Of a DNA stretch of 64,000 bases, positions 11,700 to 26,167 are shown in pieces (within the stretch, counting starts at the first letter, position 1; each line of letters opens with the position of its first letter). This DNA is from Phoronis australis. Lineage: Eukaryota > Animalia > Phoronida. The notes under the pieces are model-generated. The model saw only the letters and a list, made by a program, of their open reading frames with translations. It had not been told where the DNA came from and did not search any database. Both the position numbers and the translations under genes were made by a program. The stretch covers positions 62,001 through 126,000 of the forward strand of contig NMRA01000110.1 in NCBI GenBank assembly GCA_002633005.1. Direction: 5' to 3'.

Positions 11700-14600
11700 C
11701 CTCTTGACAAATTCCGTTACACAAACGGTGGTTTGAAATGAAATTAATGCATTTAAAGAAGAGCTTGATGCTTATTATCAACAAAAAAATGTCCACATAG
11801 CATAACCACCGAGCACTGCGTGTAAAATGAAAGTTCTGCGTTCCTAAACCCGAACATTTTGCAAAGTCTTGCTTACACCGATGATCTTTCTCAAATGTCC
11901 AAAGTCGTTTAAAATGTTGTGGTCTACAACGCCTCACCACCTAACAAGCGCATGGCTTTTACGGCTGGACTGGGAACTTGGCCGGCAACCGCAGGCACAC
12001 GGAAGCTCAGAGACACTTACAGTTTTATCGGTAAGCAGCAATTAGGAGACAAGACGATTATTCAGTTGACAAATTGAATGTATACATAACAGCTTTGTAC
12101 AGCAGTTTGATGTTTTTAAACTAAATGGCGTCGCTTGCACTTTTCGCAAACAGCCAGCGCTTTTCAAAAGACTTTAGAATGCGCTACCTTCACACTTTTA
12201 AGACACACCTTCACACATTAAAAATAAATACATAGCTGACTTATTAACCATCCTCTGTTCTGTTCATGTTTCCTTTACAAGAATTCGCAATCCAAAATTA
12301 AAGAAATAAGTCTTAAAAATGACCCTTTCAAACAACGAATCGTTTGTCTGCTTCCGTTTCCGCCAGAAGAAGCCTACGATAACAACTCTCGTTTCTAAAT
12401 AACGTACATGTAAAACAAAGTGAATATGTAAATTCTTGACGTTTTCCACAAATCACGACATGACTTTACGGCAGAAGTACCGCTGATAAAATGGCGTAGG
12501 GAATAAGACTTTTTTGTTTAGAACATGACCTTTTCTGTGTTCGTTTACACTTTGTGGTATATTTTGGATCATTTAGGCCTTGCAACTACCATAGTTTTAG
12601 CGTTAAAACGTTTCGGAACTGAATTAATGTTCCATGGGTAACTAGTTCTCGAGCGTTTCTATGCATAATAAACCGAGTCAGTCAATGGGCATAATAGGGG
12701 AGATAAGTCTCACATATTTTCAGCGTCTCGGCGTAGTTTAAGGTACAGTTTCACTTATCAGCACCTTTTCATTTTTCTGCATTCACTAAACTTGCAGGCA
12801 TGCTTGCAAAGTAAGGCTTTAATGGCAGTTTACAAAACAATGAATTAACTCCAAGCAATTGAATTGTGTCAAGGACATGGCTTACGGGAGCCTAGGAGGC
12901 CAAATCTGCCGTTTTAAGATATATGTTTTCGTGATACAGTTCCGTGAATGTTGTGAATAGCTTTCGTCCTACAAGAACGACAGGGCAGGAGCGATACAAC
13001 CAGAGCAGGGTTATCTATGACACTAGATAGGCAACAGACACCCCGCGCAAATGATGAAGGACCCCGTCTTCACAAGGGTATAAAAAGTGTGGCCAACCCG
13101 GAGGCGCATAAGAGGAACTTCATGAAGCTAAGAAACCTGCAAAGGACTAGAGACCGCGCGAATTAGGACGGGCCTATCTCGTCCACATACATATATGGGT
13201 CTCCCAAAAGTCGTGGCGATAAGTGGTAGTGAAAACTTTGGCAACCAGGGGGAGGGGAGACAGCTCGAAAACTGTTGCAACAGGTGCGAACTGTAATGAC
13301 TAACTTGTTATAGGTTGGGGCCCCGAGAAACCTTAATGCGACATTGGATACAGCACCATAACTGACGCGGTGGCCCATCTTCGGAGACTGAATGGGTGGA
13401 AACCCGGAGGGCTTACTTATACATTGCGGCGCACCAAAGGGTAGTGGGGGGTATATCTCCCAGTTATTTCAATGCTGTACTGATGGTCACATATGTAGCG
13501 CATATAGGGGGCTGGGGGAGGGGGCTATAGCCTCCCACTTATTTCAGTGCTGCGCCGCCCATGTTATGGTGTTACAAAGTCTTGGCGCCAACTCGGTGGA
13601 CATTTTGTCCTCTCAGCATTTTCTATTGTCTCAGATACCCATTTTCGCGATTGTCCAATGCAATTCCGAAACAACCGCGAAAATGGGTATCATTTGTAGC
13701 CATAAAAATTCTTTAAACGCATCACTAGCACTTGTCTGCAAAATATGCAATTTATTTAAGACAACTTCAAACCTTTGTCACCCATTATCAAGCCTGGTTT
13801 ATTTTTGATACTTTCAGCAGTTTTAAACTCTGATTACAGATTCATGGGTCAGTCAACCATACTTATAATCTAAGGCTGAGGGAACCGTTTCTCAGACTTT
13901 TTGTTTTTATTCTAATAGAAGATATGAAGACTTGGGTCATATAAAAATGATGGATAATCTTTCTGTTGTTTAAGAGTAATTACAAATCGTAAGGCACCAT
14001 CAAAAATGCAATTTCCACAAAAATGACAGTCTTTTGAATTTACTTACGACTTGCAACATTTCAAAGCATGAGTTAAGACTATGACAGTCACCAGTGGCGG
14101 ATCTACGTTTTCNGAGGCGCGTGGCGCCGACAGGGGGGGAGATCGGGAGGGGGGTTTCCCCCTTCCGTGTAAGACAATTTTTGTTTTTGTAGCCAAATAG
14201 TGAAATTTCCGTGCATCCTGATAAGTTTCTGACACTTAACATGTCTCTTGAGTTTTTCTTAAGATAATTTAAAACCCTTCTCGATTTCGTCGCATGAACG
14301 TGGCTCATAAGTTTCATGAAACCACATTTGTGCACATCTGGGTATGAGTCACGCCACCAGCAAAAATTTTTGTTGGAACATCTGCTTATACACACCTTTT
14401 AGCATAAGAAGAGTCGTATATGAAAAAGTGTGGTGTTTGTGTGGGGTTTAGACAACTACCAAATATTCAAGAGCATAAGAAGCACCGACAGGGTGAAAAA
14501 ATTGAATATCAGATGATCGCGTAACAGCAGCCTCAAGTTGTTTAAGAAGGAAGACCTGTACTGTTAGTCTGGAAATAAACACGTGTTCTGTCTCGTTATG

Positions 14601-15375
14601 AGAAAAACTGGCAAACGATGGTGCTCTCAGCTCATAGTATATTATTAAAAGCGACAATAAACAATTAAGTATCACTTTATTAAGCTGAATCACGTTGACA
14701 TTAATTGAAAAACGTCAAATGTATCTGGAAGCGAATCATCTGAAAACAGTTTCACGAAACCAAAACATTATGTACAGTACATCGTGGTGAAAAGATAAAC
14801 AGGACCAGTTCGTACACTGAGAGTACACAAAAAGGCCTGGTCCGTCACGAGACCAAAAGTACACCTGTGTTTATTATCCCTATAAAAATAGTCGATCTGT
14901 CGCGGTACCAAACAGTACTGGCTGAGATAAATAGTTTTACAAAACAAACTTTGGCAAAAAACATCACAAGACTAGTTCGCGAGACCTAAAGCGTAGTATG
15001 CAAAAACGTTTGAATTGAAAACCTCTCTCTAGACACTTTTTAATGCCCAGTGGTTGCTAATACGTATATTTTTTACATCTGGTCGTGAACTGCTGCGAGA
15101 GGTTGTCTAGGAAGGGTTTTCGCACCGTTCTGTAGTACTCACTGGAAGAAACAAGTATTGAGTACAAATTTAACTACGCACTAAGTGAAATCAATTTTGG
15201 ATATTAAGCAGATAGACTCAAGTGGAAAAACAAACCAGAATCAGTTTTTGTGTGCTCGTAGACCCTCTGCTGTACTGGGTGAATTTGGCATGACCAAAAT
15301 AATTTATATTTCGTTTTCATTGTACACAAGCATAAGAACCGACATTATGTACAAACTGTGTAGAATTATAACTTA

Positions 15376-15570
15376 TTACGTGGGTATTTCTCCAGGAACG
15401 TTAGCCCTATCCTGCTGTTGTCTGGACTGCCGAGGAATCTGTATATCGGTTTGCTTGTCTTGGAACCATTCTACCCAGACATCTTCGATGTTTGTTCCCA
15501 ACGCTTGCACTTCGTCAACTGCTGTGTCAATGAGCTTGTAAGCCTCTGCAATGTCGTTTGGCAGCTCAAT
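15376..15570 (-). pseudogene. hAT transposase fragment
   Basis: DIAEAYKLIDTAVDEVQAL...EWFQ...IPRQSRQQQDRANVP resembles the PR..xRQxxRxNVP segment that precedes the hAT dimerisation domain in ZMYM1/PRKRIR-like transposases. Confidence 0.6.
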
Positions 15571-18039
15571 TGGCACTAAACCCCCTGAGGTTGCCAAGTC
15601 CATTCAAAAGACTTACATGCGAAACTAAATTTGATTCGTTCATCATGAACTACGTCAAACCTAGACAATGTATCCCAGGACCTATTTGCATCTCTTGCCA
15701 TTTTCGGAATAAACGTCCCAATGTCTGAACGCTTGAAACCCCAAGTACTAACATCAAATAAATGCCCATGGGCATGGGCGTTTCATCGGGCGACAAATAG
15801 TCAGCTATTTCCGATACTGCTTCGAATAAGAAAAGTTCGCCTTAGTAAGGTTAATTTATTCGCTTCTTGGACATTTATATGAGATGAACATCTTACAATT
15901 ACGCTTAGAATTTTATGAAACCATTACCTGGGGGAAATTATCCTACTGAATTTGATAGTAATCGTTATGCTCGAGTCAATAGTAAAACCTACACTTGTCT
16001 ATTGCCTAGGGCTGTGACTGAAACTGAGTGTAATGGTAATGATGGGATAGACCCTGTTTGTCACTAAATGGTCGTGGATTGTATTTCTACCTGCTGGCAG
16101 TTTTCAGACTTTGGACGTGAACTGCAACATTTTTGTTGGATTTTTATTACCATAAGAAATCACCGTCTATGCAAACAAACTTGGGTAGTGTTGGTGGACC
16201 GAAGCTTGTTGCGAGAAAAGTGAGATCATGCAAAACCATGTGTGGGAGTGGGAGGCAACACATTTGAAGCCTGTTATTCTGTGGGGAAATCTGGCTCTCA
16301 AATTGCAGGACCCTAGGAGTTTTCATATCATTATTACAGGACAAAATACTATGAATGGGTCCTCCTCAGGGGCACAGGGGTATAGCCAAAGGCAGAACAG
16401 TCGGAGCATTAATAAAGGTTGAGCAGGTTAGAGCTCAGGTGACTGGGTATTTTGGCTTTGTATTATCGGTGGTATGATTTAGATTGGGTAAATAAAGGGC
16501 TGGGGGAAGGGGAATGTTGACGAAAGAGCTTGCTATTATCTTATGTACCCCTTCTAGGAATTTGAGTGTACGAATAATTCCTTCCAGACTCACTTTTTCA
16601 AGAACACAATCCACCAGTTTACAAGACAGAAGGCCTAACGCGTGCTTTGAAAAACATCTATCCTCCTTGAATGTGGGATATCAGACTTCTAGCATGGGTA
16701 TTGACAAGTTAACACAGGAGTTAAACTTAATTGGACCGAAAAAAGTTAGAACAGTGAAGTTTCAATTTGAGGTAGACTGACACTTGTACATAAATGTGTA
16801 TGATATGGAGTGTTGTTACCCATGTACTGCTCAGACTGGCATTTTGTAGGATTGTCATGTATTTAAATGATCATCGTTGTGTGCAAACCACTGCATCAGC
16901 ATCAAAGAACACGACTCAGTCAACAGTGACAACATGACTAGAGTACTGAGTCGTGTTCAGAGGAATGGGTTTAGGTGGCAATTGCAGGTATGCTTTTAAT
17001 TCAAAACAAGAAACACTCGTTTCTTAACGCACTAGAACCCGTTCTACATAACTTTTGGGTTATCAAGTCACTCTTATTTTTTTCTTTCACCGGTAATCAC
17101 ACAAGATTAATAGGTAACAAAACTGAAAACCTGTAATAAAACACATTTTTTAAATATCACTAAATATATGCCACATGAAATGCTGAAAATCATCTCCAAT
17201 AAAAATGGACCAGTGGCTTTTTGAAGAACAACATCAGTTCGCAGCTATGCTGACACCAACAAGAATCTTGTTGAATATAACATTCCCTTTCATGTTGAGA
17301 TCATGTTTAAACTGCAACTCAAAAATATTGTAGTTTGTTTTTTCCAGACCCACATAAGTATATCGGAGGATGAGGACATACGGTATTCAACTTGATGTGT
17401 CAATGCACACTAGGTGGTGGTGGGTATCACCAGCGGTGATTGTCATCAGGGTGTACCTGTGGCAAATGCTGAGAAGTGTCCACTACAGTGAAAAGATCTT
17501 TCCGAAGCAACCTGTCATGCCTGTGAGTATTTCTTATAAAGACAGTTTTGCAAATCCAGTTAAGCACCCTCACTATGTACACATGAGACTGTAAAAGAAA
17601 ACACTGCTGACATGACGTCTGGAATAACCTATTATCATTTTCCTTCCAAAGCTCTGGTTACCCCTCTCCCCCCTGCATACCCATTCTCTGCAAGAATGCC
17701 ACGACGGGCTACAGGAGCTTTGTGAAAACTCGAGGGGCTGAAACTCGTACATTGCTAGCTTTCAAGCACACCGCAGACAACTTGTGTTATTGGGACGCAA
17801 AAATTAGCGTCTTTTAGATCTGTGATGCACATCCAATCGCCTTGTTGAATCATTGATACCAGTGTTGTTATGCCTTCTAATTTGAAGTGTTCGTTAGTTA
17901 TAAACCTGTTTAGTGGTCGCAGGTCGAACACTATAGTAGAAAAGTGCCATTCTTTTTCTTCCTAAGGCGTCCTACAAATTGATCAACACTGGGTGTTACT
18001 GGAGCGATTGAACCTTTGTTCAGAAGGGTCTGCACTTCC

Positions 18040-18321
18040 TCTGTAAGAGCTTTGCCATTCTTTTTCTCCCTAAGGAAAAAGGTACCCTACAAAGTGATCG
18101 AACGAGCCCCCCATTTGTCGAGGTGGACAAAAACGTCGCCTCAGAGAAACAAAAATCCGAGAAAACGAGACAAAAAGTCCACTTAATAGGCGGGAACGCA
18201 AAATTCACAGCTCTGGACGTGGTAACCCGTTGTTTTAGTCCTTCGGCTGTTTTGTCGGTAAAAGGTCGACATCAAAGAAAATTCGAGCCCCCCATATTGA
18301 AGGCTGGGTGGGCGCACGCAT
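18040..18321 (+). repeat. Dispersed repeat, related to 26168-26420 (inverted) and 31520-31670
   Basis: Shared core gcctcagagaaacaaaaa..gaaaacgagacaaaa and a GC-rich end (cgagcccccat...gcgcacgcat). Confidence 0.65.
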
Positions 18322-18460
18322 TCATAAACAGTTTATTTCCAAATTATACTTTTAAGAAAATAGTCAAAAACGACAAATGCTCATTTTGTAGACTCGTAGA
18401 AACTTTTAATCACTTGTTTTTGGGATGTGAGCATGTACTTTTTTATTGGAGTGGATTGAA
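18322..18460 (+). pseudogene. LINE ORF2 C-terminal CCHC zinc-finger remnant
   Basis: KCSFCRLVETFNHLFLGCEHVLFYW is homologous to CTFC..EDLIHLYWSC in the L1/Tx1 ORF2 near 56.8 kb. Confidence 0.7.
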
Positions 18461-20729
18461 AACAGTTAGATTCTATATGTTGTTGGAGCCAGTCTTTTAT
18501 TGGCTAAAAGGCGTGTCCTGCTATAAGCATACTTTGGAGATGACTGTTAACAAATTAATCACATAATGTAATATTAACTTTAATACCATACTTCAAACAC
18601 ACTTGTTCCGTGTCTTTCTCCACTTGAAGAGATTCCGCGCAATTCTACTTGTCGCTGCCAATACATGGAAAAGTGTGAAATTAAAAGAATCCCACTATGA
18701 CTTTCTGAGATTGTTGAAACTCTTATGTATTCAGTTGAGATTCAGGCTGAGCTGGAACGTGTGAATGCGAGAGTGAATGCGTTGCTGTTTGTTAGTTTTC
18801 TTTTGTAGTGTATTCCATTGTTGATTTCTGTTTCGTTCTTTAAGGATTAACCTATAAGAACACGGAGACTTGAAAATAAAGGTTTTCAGGAAGGTCAAGT
18901 TGATTGATATGAGGTTCTCATGAATTAAGGTTGTGTGGTTTGTGTAATACGCCCAACTGTGATTCTTCCGCAGTCTTATACACCGCGAAAGGACGCGTTC
19001 TCTTTTATGAAATGCTTGTCGTGAAATCCAAAGTAAAACAGAACTTGCTTAAGTACTGATACATTCGTCTTCAAAAATACATTAATTTATTTACGGGCAA
19101 TGTTATACAAAAAATCACCGAATACCAACATTTGACGCCGCGCGGCATGAATGAATAGTAATAAAATATTCCATACTACGTTGGCCAATATTTAGAGCGT
19201 ACCCTGAAGGTCACATCGACCGAGGGAGAACAATGATGTAGGGAAGCTTGCCGAGGCCGAGGGCAATGCGGCATTTTCATATATCTCAAAATCTAGGAAA
19301 TATACCAGGAAAGAAAATCAATTGGCAAATTCTTTAAGCGGCCGTGTCCTCAAGGATTCATGCTTGCTGCCGAAATACCGGTGTCTTTGTCGCTTCTATT
19401 GGCAGACATTGGAAGAGGAAACAGGCAGTGCAATCTAGAATAGGGCCTTTGCAGCCGCCAAAGTCTCTGCTTGGCTGACGGAGCTTAATTTTATTTGATA
19501 ACTCACGGATGTCTTCAAGCGTTTTTCACAGGTAAAGTCATAGGCTATGACTTCAGAGAATGTCTGGCAGATACTGAACGGCACGAAATGGCGATGTGCA
19601 ACAGAATCACAAAAGCAGAATGGGTGTTTGTTCTAAAGTTTAAAACTTCAAGAGGCATTACAGTGTTCTGTCGTTCAGCAACTTTTCCAGACGTGAGGGG
19701 TTCTGAACGTGCCATAACATCTGTTAACTGCCCAGCACAGTCTTTTGTCCCGAAGGACAACAAGCAGGCCAATTATCTCCCAAGCTTCAAAGGGTTACTG
19801 AAACCTGGTATTGCTTTATGTTCAAATATGTTATAACTTAACTTTCATTTTACTAGCAGCACAGCCCAGTCAGGCTAGATACGATCTGATCGGACATTAG
19901 TGCAATCGGGCTATTCGGAGAATTCTGCTCGTGTCGCTGCTGTACTAGTGGTGATTGAATTGCGCACGCGTCGCTGTCTGCATGTAAACAGCTGGTAAAA
20001 AGACAGATTGTTATCAAAATATGTCGTCGCGCAAAGCCTTATTATTGCTATTTTCTCTGGTGTAAGTCTTCGGCAGGTGGTCACAAATTACCAAAAGACC
20101 TAAGGTTACTACATTGGTGGAGCATTGCGGTCAAAAGGGTCAACCAACTGACAAAAAGTGTGTGGATGCCGAAGCCCCTTTGGGAGACTACATAACGTAA
20201 CTTCGTAAGTTTTTAGCAATCAAATTTCTATCGACATCGTTCGGTGATGTTATCCCCACCAGTTACCCCTCTGAATAACGGGTTTATTGAATGGAACTAA
20301 GTGTTTCTTTTCGGAAACTCACCCAGGACTCAGATGCCGGGTAGGCTAGCAGCACATATTCACATGTACGTCCTCCAGGGGTGGAAATGCGCCCAATATA
20401 AGAGGTGTTTGGTACGTAACGCTCAGAAGTCAAGGATTACTTTCACAACAGGTTCTCTTCAAAACTATGCTATGGCCAATAAAATTCCCTAAAAGAGTGA
20501 GTTTCCTTATTTTATGGCAGACTCCACCCCCAGGACTACTAGATTAGTTACTGAATTAACCGATGAATACGTTATTCAGTAAACGTCATAACATTGCATT
20601 AGAATAAAAATTAACTCCTAGAATGAATTTTACTTGTTGATCAAAAAAATAATTGCAGGCGGTCTGATACACATTGTACCAGACGTGCGCAGGCCTCGCA
20701 TGTGGGCCCATTGCACTGATCACCTGGAA

Positions 20730-20878
20730 ATATTTTTATGCTTTATTAATATATGGTTAAAACCGAACTGAGGAGCTAGAAACCTGGCTCTAGGGTTTAT
20801 CAGTGTGACCTGGTGGGACTCGAACCCACGACCTCGAGTAAAGAAAAAGGGCGCTTATCAACCAGGCCACACTGCCTC
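20730..20878 (-). mobile_element. tRNA-derived SINE
   Basis: A-box-like TGGCCTGGTTG and B box GGTTCGAGTCCC on the minus strand, no proper anticodon arm, followed by an A-rich tail with AATAAA. Confidence 0.6.
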
Positions 20879-22631
20879 CTCGCTTGTTGAGGTCAGATGC
20901 ACATTTTAGGTGTCGTGAAAAATACACATTATTAAATCAGTTTTAGCCTGTTTCACATAGTTTAACTCAGATCTTAAATAAGACTTGGGTACAAAGATTA
21001 TTAGTTTCTACATATAAACATGAAGATGAAACGTCAAGTATGTTCTGCCTTACTAAAGTAGTTTTGTCTTGTGTTTTCTTTTATAATTTGTTTCTCTCGC
21101 TATTCTGTTACAGGTAAGAGAAAACTATTGAAACCAGCAGCCTGAACGTCTATTTTACCTTTGGACAAAGTGAAAAGCAATCCTTCAGCATTAACCTGAG
21201 AGAATCGAACAAAATTCAGAAATTCAGCCCTTGATATGCCATACTTTGTACTCCATTGCTAGGGAAAATTACAATTGTTTTTAACAATGTTGTTTCTTTA
21301 TATACTTTTCTTGCATGTGGAACTTTTGTTGTGGACAAGTTAACACAAAACTTAAAATTGTTCAAAGGCCTTTCTTAAGAAAACTCTAAAAAATAATTAC
21401 ACACAAAAATAAATCAAATGCACATTTCTAGAGGTCAACACTGAGGAAAACGGCAATTCGCAAGCATAATCGCTAATTATTTCAGCTTTACAAAGAAAAA
21501 GCACAACTGTACTGTATGGGGCTTTAAAACTGAGGAAATATTGTGGTTTCAATAAATAGGGACAAACTTGCCTGTTGATGAAAATTTTATTCGATCATCA
21601 AAGTGTAACATTAACGGGCTTTCTACTGACAATAAGACAATCGATGCAGTCACTGAATGTCATTTTCCCATAATGTGTACCAAATTAAAAGCTTTTACCA
21701 TTAGCATAAAGTCTTTCTTCTGAAGGAAAAGTTAATGTCACTCAGTGAGAAAGGACAGGTATTTATACCAGATGCTTTTGGTTTTCATTTCACAGAGATC
21801 TAGTTTCAATAGCCTATAGAAGCGCTTGTAAAAAAGGTCCAGTTTCGGCACGTGGCTTTCCTCCAGGTAACCTCATTCAGCCCCAATTAGATCCTTGAAA
21901 GTAAACGCAACAGCATATCACTTGACTCGTTTTGAGCCCAAAATCTGACCCTGAACTAGACCAGAGTGCCACTACGTCTTCTTTAGCTTCAGCCCCTCAT
22001 GTTTCTTCCAGGAAAGGAAATAAGCTATTGTTCGCACATGACTTATTGCCTATGAAAGGCCATCCTCACCAACGAGGCTGACTTGTGTAGCAGTCAGATA
22101 TACATGTAGTTCCTCTTCATACACAAACAACACGTTGTCTTATGGTTACTTCGTACTGCAATTCACAATTCACCAGAGCCACTGACATGTACATTGTGCC
22201 ATGCAGCACTAATGGTGTGTGGAAATGCTGTTGGCCAGAGTAACAAAGCTTGTTCGTTGTCTCCGATGAAGAAAGTAGACTTTAACAACAGATCTACACT
22301 GGATGGGAAGATCTTTCTGGTTAGCTGCAGTCAACTGCTTAAAACCAATTTTTGTTCATTCAGGGTCGATGCAGAAGCGATGCATATCTCCTCTGCACGG
22401 TACAAGTCCTCAAACCTAAAAACCAAAGGGCACGTGAAAACAGACAGGATAGATTTTCATTTCAACGTGCAATAAATTTCCGGAAGACACAGGATAGGGA
22501 GTAAACAAATAGTCTAATGTATATTTATGTACCCTTTGCCATCGCATTGGGCTTGGATTGTAATCTCACTAACCAATATTGTTGTGCATATTACTTTGTC
22601 AAATAAAGTAGACACTCCATTAACTACGCAG

Positions 22632-22814
22632 TGAAACGAACAGAATTGAGCTGAACACTGAACTGATTTATTCTACATATCAAAACAATATATATACACA
22701 CAACTACATAACAACATATGATGCGTTACCTATGACACACTTCCTGTACTAGGAATCGCATGACATTATACCAATTAAACTACTGAACTCATAAACAATA
22801 ACAACCTACAAACA
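22632..22814 (-). mobile_element. Possible solo LTR
   Basis: TG...CA ends with TATA-like and AATAAA motifs on the minus strand. The flanks match only 3/5 (cgcag/ccctg). Confidence 0.35.
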
Positions 22815-25421
22815 CCCTGTTATTGTGTGACTAAGTACACGACAAATATCGAGTTAAACATTCAGCATTCATTGATGAAACTGTCATTGCTAAACCTGTT
22901 AGAAATCATTCCAAACAATAATACTGCTTTGATGTACGAAAACATCCCGAGTTCTGCGTCAAGTATCGTAACACGCATGACAACAAACAAAGATTAACCC
23001 GACAGGCGACTGTCGTGAAGTCGACATCGGCGAGTATCTCAGTTAACAGGCATCAGTAGAATAAACATGGATTAATTGTTAAAATAATCACAAATTTGTA
23101 TAAGGTCTTGCTTACTTTCTCTCATAGAAGCGCCCTTTTCACGCAATCTCAGATTTAGTTGGCACGCCTACAAGCCATTTCACCATGTATTTAAAGGGTT
23201 CGCGAAATCGAGGCTGTTAATCTATCACCACTAGTACACGCACGCCTCTAGTTAATGTAAATTTTCCGAATTCAACAAAAGAGAGCTGGCCCTCCAACCA
23301 TAAGTGCCAGAATGGAGTTAACCAGACGTGTATGATATTGGCCACGGGGGTGATCTTCCCAACTTGTTGTTGGGCTATAGAATCGAACAAGTTGGAAGCA
23401 ACGGGAAAACGTCGTGATGTCAATACTAACTTACAACAGCTCCTCAATCGACAATATCCCTTTATGTTAAAGAAGTTTAAAAATGTAACCGTTGCCCTCC
23501 CCGGACAAGACTGTTGTCGGAGGAAAGGGAAACAGGTGACAACCTTGGGGTGGGGTGGGGGTTGCGCTAAGCGTTTCTATGACCAGTAAACAACGAAAAC
23601 CTCTCCACCCTCCTTGTTACTAAGCCTAAATCACACCGGCACACTTAATTTTGGCAAGGAATATCGATCACCCAACGACTTAATCACGTTTTTAAAAACA
23701 GCCAAACGTTGTTATTATCTTAAAATACCAGGCGATAAGGAAATGTTTACTCTCGCGGAATTACCGATTATGTATCTTCGACTGCCGACCTCCAATTCAT
23801 TTCCAAAATAGGTGTGTAAGTTGTTGATTACGTAGGACAGAAGCGAACGCTGCGGTGACCCTAACAAAAGCTGTTTGCCTATTCAGGTATTGTACACAAA
23901 GGACGATAGTGGGCTGTGTCACTGGAGTTGAAGGTGAGCAAGTTCAGTTGAGCGTCGAATCAAAGGATTACGTGGTAAACTTCGTATTTCTCTGCTGTGT
24001 CTTAAAACGATACGTGACTGCATGATATATGGGAAGTCTATAACTGGCAGATAAGACAGTGGAACAGGTAGGTGGACTACAATCTTGACGATATCACTAC
24101 AGTATTGAATAACGAAACATGACGGCCACAGCAAAGCCCTAGCTGAAAATGACGTAGGCCTACAAGAATACAGCGATGGTCTGAATAACTGGCGGGTCTA
24201 TAATTCACACATTTTACATTCTTGATGTAGCCCCACTGACCCTGTCACGTGAGACCCAACGTACATAGGGGGATTTGTAACAGTACATGTACATTATCAG
24301 TTGAAGTTGGACAGATTTGTGTTTCGTCTGGAATGCGTCTGAGAGGCAAAGTGAAGTGAAATCATCCCTGCCTCAGTGAACAGCAACTTTCTTGTTGCAC
24401 CTAGGAACAAGTGTACAGTTACTGGTTCTTATCTTAAATATCACGTGTGCTTATCAGACTCCAGGTTTTGCGTATTAGCTCTCACGCATCTCACATTCAT
24501 GGCGTCCAAACTATAAGCACCGGTCTCGGTTGTGCACGACTTCATAATTATACGACTCGTGTCAAAGAATTTTCAGCACAGTCTGCATTACACATACTTT
24601 CTGCACACCCCAAGAAGTTGTACATACAATTGACATTCACAAAAATCGGACTGCGGACACTGGGCATAACTATACAAAAGCTTTCGTTGATTAACTAGTG
24701 GCTGTCGTCTGAGCCGAGTTAATATTTATATGGTCGAGGGTTTATTCAATGACATTGGTCTATATGACACAGATGATTCATCAAAATTAAAAAGGCTTTT
24801 TACTTTTGAATCATGCGTGACCAAGAGAAGTGACCTGACCACATTTGGGCGTAGTAGACCTACCTATCTGTTATTGGTGACCATTCGTGACTCTCTAGAA
24901 CTTAACAAACACACGCAAGTGTCGTTAATACTGAATGTTAACAATATTTCAAAAAAGATGCAACTACTGAATGACAAATCAATTAGAAATAAGACGGTGG
25001 GAAAAATATGACGTTAAGAATAAGTAGAAACCTCACAGCTTGATTTAACAGCAGTTGTAAGGTTGACTTTCGCCCTGTTTAGATGCATGGTCAAAAAGGA
25101 ACATTGAATAAGACCTTGTACTCTCACAAAATCTGTCGCATAACACTCTTTAGTGTAATATATCTCTATTTCTGTTACATTAAAACAATGAGCAACTCGA
25201 GCAAAGATATACTGTGATTTGATTTGCTGGCTTGTTTGGCAACAATTCAACATCGGGTGAGCGTAGTAAACATTACTTAAAAGTCCTTATCTCGAAGGAC
25301 AATCTAGATTAAAAACTTGAAATATTCCCCCTACACCAAATTAAGTCATATGTAACATGGGGTAGTGTTTACCTGTTTATTTGTCATCAAACTAAAAGCA
25401 TTTGGAGCGCAATTTTGTACG

Positions 25422-25554
25422 TCGGCCGAGATCAGAAAATTATTGATTATTCCCATCTATTTCCGTCGGCCGAGATCAGAAAACTATTGATTATTACCAT
25501 CTATTTCCGTCGGCCGAGATAAAAAAATTGTCGATTATTCCCGTCTATTTCCGT
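25422..25554. repeat. Minisatellite, about 44 bp x 3
   Basis: gtcggccgagatcagaaaattattgattattcccatctatttcc repeated three times with variants. Confidence 0.9.
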
Positions 25555-26167
25555 GATCATGTGTATCAGTTAAGCAACGATTTGTGAATGACTTCCAAGT
25601 GGTCCGTGAGCGTAAAAGCGTTGTTATTTTGTTTCGTTGTTTTCGATTCTCATTTAGGCTCTTTTTATACGAATTTAATTATTATAGGCTTAGAAATTCA
25701 TAAAGAGCAGTGCTAACAACTCACATGTAGGTAAAAGCAACTGCCAGTACATTTGAGATTGAGACGACTATTACTACAAATTTATCAAGCAAAATAATTT
25801 TTGTAGTGTGACCTAAACTAAAGATTATTTACCATAAATGACACCTTTTCAAATTAAGAATAGGTAGGCCTTTTTAAAATTGAATGTTTGGAACTGGGAA
25901 AGTTTTTCAAGTTTTCTTTTGTTTGTGAAGTTCTCCTGTGATGAAATTTGATTTATGGCAAATGGTTCATTGTGGTGGCAAGACATATACGGTATATTTC
26001 TTTAAGTACTGTTAAACTTACATGTAAGTGACAGTGACACTAATCTCCTTTATTTTCTCGTGGGCTCAACATTATTTCCGTCATCGGCTTGGTCTCTTCT
26101 TCTTTTTAAGAGTTCTTTCATTTTTTGTTATATCTGTTCAGTGTCTGTAAAACTGCTTGTGATAGAA

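Larger units (their letters stand above)
19907..23271. mobile_element. Internally deleted, decayed ISL2EU-like DNA transposon (copy 2)
   Basis: Left end AT|CGGGCTATTCGGAGAATT...TGTACTAGTGGTGAT matches 36105. Right end matches 46680-46759 but lacks the last ~6 bp. Contains decayed THAP exons (~20040-20200 KSSAGGHKLPKD; from 21114 GKRKLLKPAA*TSILP) and, on the minus strand, an ORF2 exon (~22250-22414 KIGFKQLTAANQKDLP) and a SAP remnant (~23115-23180). Confidence 0.8.

Noticed and set aside
11522-11741. ORFs rich in Y/M/T/C/V repeats
   Set aside because: They are translations of the microsatellite.
20805-20878. Functional tRNA gene (also 42473-42541)
   Set aside because: A and B boxes are present but there is no well-paired anticodon arm; better explained as SINE heads or pseudogenes.
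21040-21113. Signal-peptide-like first exon (MFCLTKVVLSCVFF...) with a gtaag donor
   Set aside because: This is the polypyrimidine tract and acceptor of THAP exon 2 in the decayed ISL2EU-like copy; the downstream sequence aligns with GERNRLKQDAVPSIF.
25422-25554. Regular repeats (also 37862-37990) as CRISPR arrays
   Set aside because: No unique spacers, no cas genes, and a eukaryotic context; these are ordinary minisatellites.
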